Below, one piece after another: positions 8,297-17,700 of a stretch of 31,458 nt of DNA. Made by a program: the position numbers and the translations under genes. The stretch is from a virus (Duplodnaviria; Caudoviricetes), in IMG/VR virus record IMGVR_UViG_3300037458_000195, positions 1 through 31,458 of that record, one strand, 5' to 3'. Position 1 is the first letter of the stretch. Each line of letters begins with the position of its first letter. Under the pieces are notes generated by a model, which was given only the letters and a program-made list of their open reading frames with translations, had not been told where the DNA came from and did not search any database.

Positions 8297-10444
8297 ATGA
8301 CAATCACAAAAGTCCAGTTCAAACCCGGCATTCGTCGGGAAGGTACTTCTTTTGCCGAAGAAGGAAGCTGGTACGATTGCGACAAGATCAGGTTTCGTGC
8401 TGGGCGCCCTGAAAAGATCGGTGGATGGACGACGTATACAACGGCTACATTTAAAGGCGTTGTTCGTGTTATGCACAATTGGTCTTTGCTTGATGGCAAA
8501 GATTGTCTCGCGCTCGGTACAAGTAAGAAGTTCTACATCGAGTATTCTGGCAGCATTTATGACATCACGCCGATTGTCTACAGTGCTACTGGCGGAACTA
8601 ACCCAATCACTTCCGGCGCTGCCGGCACAGCTACGCATACGCTGACAACTCCAGGGGCGCATAATGCGTCTATCGGAGATACGTTGCAGCTTAGTGGAGT
8701 TACCGGCGATTGTGATGGCATTGTTGTTGATACGTACAACAACCCGTTTACTACAAAAACGGCAGGGTCTAAGCTTGTTCTCGTAACTACAACAAACCCT
8801 CACTATGCGGCTGTTGGCGATAGTGTCGTGATTTCTGGGGCCACTGGTTTTGATGGGATTCCTACAGGCGATTTAAACACAACGCATACAATTATTGAAG
8901 TTGCTTCGGCAACGACGTACTGTATTGCAGTCGCAACAGCATGTACTGCTGGTGGCATAACGGGTGGTGGCACGCCCGTAACAGCAAAATATCAAGCGCG
9001 AATCAACCGCTCTTTTACAATTGTCGATGTGCCGTCAGGAACCACGCTGACCTTTACAACGGATACTGTATGCACCACAGGCGGTGTTGCTTTTGGCGGC
9101 GCTGCAGTGTCAATCAAGATCGAGCTTGAATCGGGCTTCACACTCAACGCATTTGGCGGTGGGTGGGGTACTAGTTACTGGTCACGGGGACCGTGGGGCG
9201 GGTCTATCTCGTCTACAGTTTCAGGTATTTCCCTGCGCATCTGGAGTGTTGACAACTACGGCGAGGATTTGATTTTCTGTCGGCGCGACGGTCAGATGTT
9301 CTATTGGGATGCCACGAACGGGCTAGACACAAACGCCGTTCTGGTATCCAGTCTCCCCGGCGCCAATGAGGTTCCTACACAAACTAGTATTGTACGTGTT
9401 ACCGAAGACAGGCACGTATTAGCAATCGGTGCAACAAACCGCCTTAGTGCGCTGTTTGATCCGTTGTTGATTCGGTGGTCTAACCAAGAAGATTTTCTTG
9501 AGTGGGAGCCTTCGGCAACCAACACTTCCGGCGCTATTCGCATCCCGCTTGGCAGCTACGTAATGGCGGCTATTCACGCGCGTCAGGAAATTCTTGTTTG
9601 GACAGACAGGTCTCTACACTCGTTGCAGTTCATCGGCCCACCGTATATTTTTGGTATCCAAACGCTTGCGGAAAATACAAGTATCGCTGGCCCAAATGCG
9701 GCAATCAACGCAAATAATGTCACGTATTGGATGGGGACTAACAAGTTCTGGATGTATTCAGGACGTGTTGAAGCCATGTCTTGTGATGTTCAGCGGTACG
9801 TGTTTGATAACATAAACTTTGGGCAATTGCCGCAAACGTACGCAGCGGCAAATCCGCAGTTTGCTGAAATCACGTGGTTTTACTGCGATAGCACATCGTC
9901 GCAAATCAACAGGTATGTAACGTACAACTACGAGCAAAACATTTGGACAATAGGTTCGATGGCACGTACAGCCATGCAGTTCTGCCAAGGGCGCAGCGGG
10001 CTTCCTTACGCTGCTGGCGGTGGCTACGATAGCGACAACGGAAAGCTGTATAAGCACGAAGTTGGGTATGATGACGGTTCCACAAACCCGCCAACAGCCA
10101 TTGAAGCATACATTGAATCTGCTGATTTTGGCGTTGCGGACGGAGATAAACTGATTTTTGCAGATCGCATCATTCCAGACATTACATTTGCGCGCTCTAC
10201 TGTCGATGATCCTACTGTGGATGTCACTGTCGAAGCTAAGAAATTCCCGGGGCAGAGTATACAGTCTTCAGATGCACGTACGGTTTCTAAATCAGTCACG
10301 GGCACAGTAGATCAGTTTACGACACAGATGTGGGCTAGGCTACGCGGAAGAGAAATGCGGATAAAGATTTCCTCTACAGGCATCGGCGTATGCTGGTTGT
10401 TGGGTACGATTCGCATTAATATCCGACAAGACGGAAGGCAGTAA
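8297..10444 (+). CDS. Tail nozzle / DNA stabilisation-like protein (beta-propeller) with inserted beta domains
   Basis: N-terminal KPGI.RE.T....EG.WYDCDKIRFR.G.PEKIGGW and internal IRWS.QED...W motifs of podophage tail proteins. It lies just before the ejection genes. Confidence 0.72.
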   Translation: MTITKVQFKPGIRREGTSFAEEGSWYDCDKIRFRAGRPEKIGGWTTYTTATFKGVVRVMHNWSLLDGKDCLALGTSKKFYIEYSGSIYDITPIVYSATGGTNPITSGAAGTATHTLTTPGAHNASIGDTLQLSGVTGDCDGIVVDTYNNPFTTKTAGSKLVLVTTTNPHYAAVGDSVVISGATGFDGIPTGDLNTTHTIIEVASATTYCIAVATACTAGGITGGGTPVTAKYQARINRSFTIVDVPSGTTLTFTTDTVCTTGGVAFGGAAVSIKIELESGFTLNAFGGGWGTSYWSRGPWGGSISSTVSGISLRIWSVDNYGEDLIFCRRDGQMFYWDATNGLDTNAVLVSSLPGANEVPTQTSIVRVTEDRHVLAIGATNRLSALFDPLLIRWSNQEDFLEWEPSATNTSGAIRIPLGSYVMAAIHARQEILVWTDRSLHSLQFIGPPYIFGIQTLAENTSIAGPNAAINANNVTYWMGTNKFWMYSGRVEAMSCDVQRYVFDNINFGQLPQTYAAANPQFAEITWFYCDSTSSQINRYVTYNYEQNIWTIGSMARTAMQFCQGRSGLPYAAGGGYDSDNGKLYKHEVGYDDGSTNPPTAIEAYIESADFGVADGDKLIFADRIIPDITFARSTVDDPTVDVTVEAKKFPGQSIQSSDARTVSKSVTGTVDQFTTQMWARLRGREMRIKISSTGIGVCWLLGTIRINIRQDGRQ

Positions 10445-10675
10445 ATGTCTATACAATTTGTTCCTCTGCCGATTCCGCCAAAAGACTACAATCAGCAATA
10501 CTTCAACGAATTGCTGCGTGTGCTTAATCTCTATTTTAGAACAATACAAAACCCGGGCGATAGCGTAGTCAACACTCTACGCATTTTAAACTTGCCAACC
10601 TCAGATACAGATTTACCATCAGGGTCTGTTTGGGTTGATACTACGGCCAGCAACGCTTTGAAGATCGTCCCATGA
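10445..10675 (+). CDS. Small tail-associated protein
   Basis: Abuts the upstream stop and has an ATGA overlap downstream. LPIPP.DY.QQYFNELLR.L.LYF N-terminus. Confidence 0.75.
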   Translation: MSIQFVPLPIPPKDYNQQYFNELLRVLNLYFRTIQNPGDSVVNTLRILNLPTSDTDLPSGSVWVDTTASNALKIVP

Positions 10676-10986
10676 AAATTCCTGCCATCCTCTCCCCGCG
10701 CGGCTACGCTGCTGGCGGCATCGCGTCTATGCCCGGGCGCCACATTGGCGGTCCTGGGGATGGTATGTCGGACTCGATTCCATCCAGTATTGATGGGCAA
10801 GACCCCGCTGCACTGTCTTCCGGCGAATTTGTGGTGCCTGCCGACGTTGTTTCTTTCCTAGGAAACGGTGACAATGACGCGGGTGCTGCCGTCTTGGACA
10901 AGATGGTAGCCAAGATCAGGCAAGCGAAGACCGGGCGCGCTTCGCAGCCCCCGCAGATTGATCCCGCGCAATTCATGCCGAGGTAA
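10672..10986 (+). CDS. Small internal-virion-type protein (GPGDGMSDSIP...GEFVVPADVV motif)
   Basis: I recognise this motif from phage internal or tape-measure-like proteins. ATGA-coupled. Confidence 0.7.
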   Translation: MKIPAILSPRGYAAGGIASMPGRHIGGPGDGMSDSIPSSIDGQDPAALSSGEFVVPADVVSFLGNGDNDAGAAVLDKMVAKIRQAKTGRASQPPQIDPAQFMPR

Positions 10987-10988
10987 AT

Positions 10989-12293
10989 ATGGCTACAGAC
11001 CCGTGGGCAGAAATTCTGGCGCAGATCAGCCAGATGAAGGCGTCGCCTGTTGATCTGCGCGCGTCTATGCAGAGCAACCCGAACGACCCGAATCCGGGGC
11101 CGGGAAGCGGTGGAACAAATCTGGCGTGGGGCAATGTTCCCGGGTTAGAGCAGTTCTACAGCTACGACGCGCAGAACAATCAAGAAAACTTCAACCTAGC
11201 AGCGGCGCTGCCGGAAATTGAACGGTTGGGTTATACCGTCATGCAGGGTTTTAATCCTGCTGGAGAAGCATCAGGAACGTGGGTGGTAGGCCCCGATGGA
11301 AAGCCTATTGCTCAATCTGCGTATCTGACAGGCACGAATGATGACAACTTCAAGATTGCCTCACAACTGGCTTCCGCGCTTGTTGGTAATGCTGTAGGAG
11401 GTTGGGCTGCTGCGGGCAATAACACAATGGGCGGCGCAGCTTCTGGTGGTATAGATTCTCTTACCGGCGGCGGCACTGATGCAATGCTAGATGCAGCAGG
11501 AAATCAGGTCCCGTTGAATATGGCGGCGCTTGAGTCCGGGTTGGGTACTCCTGGCTATGGGTACAATGCCGCTGCTGGGACATCAGGTATGTTTAATCCT
11601 GATGTCATTGGCTCTGGTGCAGGGCTGATGTATGGGCCAGGTGGGGCGATTGTTCCCTACGACCCTGCGGCTGTTTCTGCGATGACGGCGAACGATGCTG
11701 TTAAACCCGTAAACACAAAACCAGCTTCGGAGTGGACAGACGCAGAATGGGATGAATACCTGAACTCTTCTGACTCAAACCTAAATGCGCCCACAAACGC
11801 ACCAGTAACAAGCGAAACGGTTGACGTTACGGCACAAAGAATTCCTCCTGTCAATGCTGGCGGCGCTATTGGCGCGGGTATTGGTGCGACGTTGCCGAAT
11901 TATGGCAATGAAGGCAACAACTATCCGCCTTCTACGAACAACCCAGACTACGGTAATGAAGGTAGAAATTACCCAACACCTGAGTCTACACAAGGGCCGG
12001 GTGGTTCTCCTGTCAACGCTGGACCTACACCAGATTGGAGTAGTTCAATCAAGGATTGGGTGCTGAAGAATCCGAAACTGGCGATGACGCTGGCGGGGTC
12101 TTTGTTGGGTGGTGGCGGAAGTAGCACACCAGCACCGGCTGCACCGGGTACAGGCCCACAAGCAGGGTTCACGGCTACACCAGCGCCTAGTCTTGGTAGG
12201 CAATACGTAGCGCCACCGCCTGGGTATCGTCCTGGGTTTGATCCAGAACACAGATATTTTACAGGTATCGGCACGGTCGGTACAGGGGGTTGA
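10989..12293 (+). CDS. Putative ejection / internal virion protein (Gly/Ala/Pro/Asn-rich)
   Basis: Low-complexity 434-aa ORF with GxxG-rich hydrophobic stretches, between the tail genes and the giant gene. Confidence 0.7.
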   Translation: MATDPWAEILAQISQMKASPVDLRASMQSNPNDPNPGPGSGGTNLAWGNVPGLEQFYSYDAQNNQENFNLAAALPEIERLGYTVMQGFNPAGEASGTWVVGPDGKPIAQSAYLTGTNDDNFKIASQLASALVGNAVGGWAAAGNNTMGGAASGGIDSLTGGGTDAMLDAAGNQVPLNMAALESGLGTPGYGYNAAAGTSGMFNPDVIGSGAGLMYGPGGAIVPYDPAAVSAMTANDAVKPVNTKPASEWTDAEWDEYLNSSDSNLNAPTNAPVTSETVDVTAQRIPPVNAGGAIGAGIGATLPNYGNEGNNYPPSTNNPDYGNEGRNYPTPESTQGPGGSPVNAGPTPDWSSSIKDWVLKNPKLAMTLAGSLLGGGGSSTPAPAAPGTGPQAGFTATPAPSLGRQYVAPPPGYRPGFDPEHRYFTGIGTVGTGG

Positions 12294-12294
12294 T

Positions 12295-13269
12295 ATGGCT
12301 GATTTTTCCTTTACTGATCTGATGGACTGGTTCGGCAAGAACCCCGATTGGACCGGCGCAGCTATTGGCGGACTTGGTACGCTGATTGATCCGGCAAAAC
12401 CATCGACACAGACGACATCGAATACCGTCAATCTGCCAGATTACATCGCACCATATGCGCAACGTACTCTCAACAAGTTTGAGGGGTTCTCGAACGAAGG
12501 GTACATGCCCTATTCGGGGCCGCGCGTAGCTGATTTCAATGCGGATCAACTTGCGGGTTTTCAGCGATACCGCGACCTCAATCCCAACAACCCAATGCAG
12601 ACACAGGGTGGTGGCATTGTTGGGCAAGCAGCGCAGGGGTTGCTGGGGCAAGCTAATCAGCGGTGGGATCAAGCGCAGGCTGACCACTACATGTCCCCAT
12701 ACATGCAGAGTGTGGTGGACATTCAGAAGCGCGAAGCGATGCGCGACTTTGGTCAACAGCAGCTAGGAACACAAGCGGCAGCGTACCGTGCAGGCGGTTT
12801 TGGCGGTGATAGACACGCTATTGTTGATGCGGAAAACTATCGTAATCTGAATCAAAATCTTGGTGACATTCAAGCTACGGGCTTGCAGAGCGCCTACACT
12901 AATGCGCAGGGGCAGTTCAACGCGGATCGTGCGGGGGCTACTGGAGCGTATTCGGGCGCTGCGGGGGCTGGAAACACACTGGCTGGTATTGGGCAGCAGA
13001 ATTTTCAGAATCAGCTTGCGGCGAACCAAGGGCTCATGGGCATCGGCAACCAGCAGCAAGGGTTGCAGCAGCAAGGGCTCGACGTTGGCTACCAGAACTT
13101 CCTCGATCAGCGCGACCACCCGTTGAAGCAAGCGCAGATCATGCAGCAGGGCTATCAAGGCATGCCGATGACACAAACCACGACAGCGCAAGTTGGGTCC
13201 GCACCGTCGTTGGCGCAGCAGCTTATCAGTAGTGGTATTGGTGGGTACATGATGGGAAGCAAGCCATGA
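12295..13269 (+). CDS. Putative DNA ejection / pilot protein (Gln/Gly-rich)
   Basis: ATG 12295 is 1 nt after the upstream stop. Motifs PY.GPRVA.F...Q, YMSPY.Q.V and AGGFGGDR, with a Gly-rich C-terminus. Confidence 0.75.
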   Translation: MADFSFTDLMDWFGKNPDWTGAAIGGLGTLIDPAKPSTQTTSNTVNLPDYIAPYAQRTLNKFEGFSNEGYMPYSGPRVADFNADQLAGFQRYRDLNPNNPMQTQGGGIVGQAAQGLLGQANQRWDQAQADHYMSPYMQSVVDIQKREAMRDFGQQQLGTQAAAYRAGGFGGDRHAIVDAENYRNLNQNLGDIQATGLQSAYTNAQGQFNADRAGATGAYSGAAGAGNTLAGIGQQNFQNQLAANQGLMGIGNQQQGLQQQGLDVGYQNFLDQRDHPLKQAQIMQQGYQGMPMTQTTTAQVGSAPSLAQQLISSGIGGYMMGSKP

Positions 13270-14735
13270 GTATCGTTGGCACACAGTCCGTATCCATGAG
13301 CGACCTGATGAAGTTGGGTCCGCAGGCACTTGGCGCTATGGCACAAGGGCAAACACAGAGTATTGCTCCCTCATACATGATCATCGCCGCCCTTAAAGCG
13401 TTGACCGATCAGCAGCGTGGTACTGGCGCACAAGTCCCTCAAGGCACCGTCAAGGATCAGGTGTTAGCTCAAGCCGCGCCGCCTGCACAGGCAGGGATTG
13501 GGGCTATGCAGCCGCAAGGGTTTGCGGAAGGTGGGCCAGTAGGTACAGCCGCCGTTAACGCCAAGATTGCGGATTACTTTCGTCAGCGGTTTGGCCCGGG
13601 GTGGGATCGTTTCACGGAAGAAACGCGACGTGGGCTTTCACAGCGCAGGCGCGTTGCGGGTGAATCCGACGACATTGACGAGCTTCCAAAAGGTACGGAA
13701 GCAACAAAGCCCGATGGCGATCCGTACGCGCGTGTTGGTACAGAAAAAGGCCGCGCTACGAACAACAATCCGAACTACAGCAACGAGCCGATTGAAGGTC
13801 AGCCGCCCGTTGTTGCGCCACCAATCGCCAATGAAATCACCGCACCCGCCGCTGCCCGTGGGCTCGGCAGCACAGGCGTGAATCCGACTGCGAAATATGG
13901 GAAGTTGGGCACATACGCGAAACCGGAACCCACAGCTACACCGGATCAATTCAATCTTGACATCCCAAAAAATCAACAGCTTGAAGCGGCTGCAGCTAAA
14001 TACGCGGCTCCTGATGTTGCGCGCATGAAGGAACTGCGCGATGCTGAAGAAAACGCTGGGTTGGCCGCATTTGGTCGCGGCATGCTGAGTACAAAGAACG
14101 GCACTGGGTTTGGTGCTGTATTTGGCAACGCTGCTGCTGATTATGTAGATACCAAGGAAGCCAAGGCTGAGAAGCGCCGTGAGTACGAGGATCGGCGTGA
14201 AGCGCTGGCTACGGAACTCGGCGTTCGTGTTGGTGCAGAAGCTAAAGCCGACTATCTTGCGAATTCCAAGTGGGGCGCTGAACGGGCTGATGCAACTAAC
14301 CAGCAAGCCATTCGTGTTCTTCAAGCGCAGAACGAAGCGACTCGATTCGGGAATGCAGAGATTCTTGATCGGGAGAAGATGGCGATGACTGAACGGATCG
14401 CCGCTCAGTCTGCTGCGATTCAACGAGAAGCCAATAGGTTGCAAGCGGAAATTCGGAAAGATGGTGTAGATCAACGCAAGTTTGAGCGCCTGATGGCGCT
14501 TCAACAAGGTGCAACTAAAGTTGCGCAAGATGCGGCAGATGCGTATGTCAAAGCAAATCCACGAGTTTTGGCTGGTGGGCCAGATGTTGAGGCGCACATT
14601 GAAGCGCTCAAAGACAAGGAATACCGGAAGCTGTTTCCAGTAGCACTTGAGAACCTTATGAAAGAAGGGCTAGGTATTGGTGCTGGTGCAGCCCAACCTG
14701 CCGCCGCTGGACCTGTTGTGCGTAAAGCATATTAA
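13266..14735 (+). CDS. Putative ejection / internal virion protein
   Basis: ATGA overlap, a GFAEGGPV motif and a helical Ala/Glu/Arg-rich C-terminal half. Confidence 0.72.
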   Translation: MSIVGTQSVSMSDLMKLGPQALGAMAQGQTQSIAPSYMIIAALKALTDQQRGTGAQVPQGTVKDQVLAQAAPPAQAGIGAMQPQGFAEGGPVGTAAVNAKIADYFRQRFGPGWDRFTEETRRGLSQRRRVAGESDDIDELPKGTEATKPDGDPYARVGTEKGRATNNNPNYSNEPIEGQPPVVAPPIANEITAPAAARGLGSTGVNPTAKYGKLGTYAKPEPTATPDQFNLDIPKNQQLEAAAAKYAAPDVARMKELRDAEENAGLAAFGRGMLSTKNGTGFGAVFGNAAADYVDTKEAKAEKRREYEDRREALATELGVRVGAEAKADYLANSKWGAERADATNQQAIRVLQAQNEATRFGNAEILDREKMAMTERIAAQSAAIQREANRLQAEIRKDGVDQRKFERLMALQQGATKVAQDAADAYVKANPRVLAGGPDVEAHIEALKDKEYRKLFPVALENLMKEGLGIGAGAAQPAAAGPVVRKAY

Positions 14736-14737
14736 AT

Positions 14738-17700
14738 ATGAGCTACAACTACCCACTTCCTGACGGCACTGTAATCAGTGTGCCGGATGAGACTCCTGTA
14801 AGTGTTGCGGCGCAGTGGGCACGTAGGGACTTTCCTGAATTGTACAAACAGGAAAAACCGACATCAAGCAGTGGGTGGAATAATGTTGGCTCTCTCATCT
14901 CCGGTGTTGGCAATGTAGTTCAGGTTCCGGGTCAACTGGCGGGTCTTGCTGGCCTAGCTGCACCTGACAATGCGCTTGTCAAAGCTGGTCAGGGTATCAA
15001 AGACTACGGTCAGTCGCTGAAGTCGGAAGAACGCAAAGAACAGGAACTGAAGATCGCGCTTGCGATTCAGGAAGCCGAGAAACTCGGTCTATCGGCAGAA
15101 GTTACAGAGACACTCAAGCAATACGCCAGCAACCCCGGTGTCACTCTGGGCATGCTGGTTGAGCAGATTCCGATGCTCGCCGCTACGATGGGCTCAGGTC
15201 TGGGCGCTCAGTTGGGCGCCAAGGCACTTGTCAAGGGTATCGGTGAAGTTGGGCTCAAGCGTGCTGGTGTAGCCGGTGCTGCCGGTGCCGGTGCCACTAT
15301 GCAGGGTGCCGATGTCGGCGCCGAGACATACGACCGTGTGTACAAAGCTGCGGTTGCCAAAGGATTCACACCCGAGGCTGCGCATGAACGCGCTCTTGAA
15401 GAAGCTCGCAAGGCGGCACTGAAAGCCGGTGCGGTATCCGCCGCGACGATGGCATTCCTGCCCGGTGCTGAGAAGGCGCTGATGGGGATCAACCCTGCCA
15501 AGACGGCGCTGCGCGGCGCGGGTCGCACGGGTCTTGGTGAGTCCGTACAGGAAGCCGCCGAAGAAGGCAGCGGCGCGTACTTCGCCAACGTTGGGGAACA
15601 GTCGGTCGATCCCACGGTGGACACCACCCGGGGCGTAGGCTCCCGCGCTACCACAGGCGCCATTCTCGGCGGGCTCATGGGCGGCGCCACAGGCGCGTAC
15701 AGCGGGCAGCAGGAAGCGCGGAAGCTGAAGACCGAAGCTCGGGCCGTTGAAGACGCGGAATCCGAGGCGGCTGCATCTCAGGAAGAAGAGAAAAAGAAAC
15801 AGGCTGATGCTGCCAAAGGTACTGAGCAGTATCTTCTTGAACTGGATGGTAAGTTTCAAGAGCGGAACAAGACCCTGGCCGACCTGACGGCGCGCATCAA
15901 GGCGTATGGCAAGCCCGACTCGACATCGGCTGAGGCGCTGGAAAAGAAGCAGCTTGAAGAACAGAAGCGCAAGCTGGTTAAAGACACAGAACCGCTGAAA
16001 GAAGAATTTGTTGCACGTCGTTCCGAGATTGAACGCGCTAAGAAAGACCCGCAAGACTTCATGATGGAGTCGTTGCTGGCAGAACCGACAGTGAGTGCGG
16101 GGTCGCCAACGTCACTGAGAGCAATTAGAGAAAAGATTGCGGCGCAACAAGCCGAAGCGAATAAGCCGCCCCCGACGCCAGAAGTTGAGCAAGCCAAGAA
16201 AGAACTCGCTGGCATCATGGCGGGTTTACAGAACTACGCGAATATCACAGGCGGCAACATCACTGCTGCTGATGTGCTTGAGAAGTTGACACCTGAGTTA
16301 GTTGCTGCGGCACAGAAGCACAAATTGACGCTGCCCGGGATGGACCCGGCTTCGTCCGCGTTGCTGATTAAGACAGCGGCTAAGGATTTCGAGAAAGCAC
16401 AAAAAGCTGATCTGACTGCAACGATGCAGCAACGTCAAGCCGATTTGGCTGCGCAGGCTACTACGGCGACACAGGAAACAGATCCTTTGGCTATGCTGAA
16501 GGAGTCGATGGCGGATCAGGCTGACTTCCAGAACACAGGCGAGCAGAATTTCGACTATCTCGATGGCGTCTTTGAGAAGGCGCTTGGTGAAAGTAATGAA
16601 ACTGGCCCACGCAAAGTAGCACTGCCTGAAGGTGTGCGCCCGATTCACAACGCCAGCAGTATCCTCGACCGTGTTGACTCGCTCTATGCAGAGCGGGATA
16701 TGGCCGACAAAGACCTCGACACGGCATCGCGCTCAGGTAACAAAGAAGCTGCGATGGCTGCAGCGGCGCGTCGTGAAAAGGCGAATACTACGCTGCTTGG
16801 GTTAGTTGACACTACCCCCGTTGCTGGCGGCATCGTACAAGAACGCAAGAAACAAGAAGGGGCGATGGCAGATGTCGCGTTCCTGATTGACGACCTTGCT
16901 GCTAATCGCACACTTGGTTCCCGTAACCAAGAAGCTCGTGGGTCTGCCAGTTCTACGCCCGAGACACTGCGGAACCAGATTAGCAAAGCGCGTCAACAAT
17001 ACGTACAGGCAGTTATTCAAGAAGCTGCCATTACACGCGCCGCATTTGGCAAGGCACTAACAGAACGAGAAGCGCTTCAAGCTGCTGCTGAAATCCAGCG
17101 TGTTTTCAACGAGTGGGTTACTCGTGCCGGTGCACTGCCTAAAGAAATGGCGGAAGAAGAACGTGTCAAGGTGCCTGCACAGATGCGCGGCACTGAGCTT
17201 GTTCGTGGCGCCGAGATGGAGAAGTTTGACCCGCGCCCGTTGGCAGAACGGCGCCTGGGCGCGTACCGTGCAGCCACTGAAGTTTTTCAGGATCAGATCA
17301 ACCGCATCGTGGCGCCGCTGGTGTCTGTGCGGGAAGAAGGCAAGCGTGTTGAGCAGCCGCTGCGCATGCAGTTTGCTGAGTCTGAAGCTGCTAAGACTGC
17401 TGAGGCACGTGGAGAAACTGCACAAACACGTGGTGGAGAACTGCGTCGTCGGCGTGAGTACGTAGCTGACCTTGTTGACAAAGCCCTGCGCGAGCGGGGC
17501 ATGTTGCCGCCAGTGAAGCGTGCACTTGAGAAAGCTGCTGCCAACATTGACACAGGCACAACTGATATTACTTCGGACATTGAAGGGCAGCGTTTTACTG
17601 CAGGTTTGCTCGACGCTGCTGAACAACTAGCGCGGCGTGTGTTGGATGGGCAAAAAGAAAAAACTCAGAACAGTAAGCTGGTTGCACAGATTAATGAAGC

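Noticed and set aside
13638-14597. 319-aa antisense ORF, and other long antisense ORFs such as 15194-16054, 21919-22578, 3776-4396 and 1592-2284
   Set aside because: They lie opposite well-supported genes, have no recognisable motifs, and are explained by codon bias.
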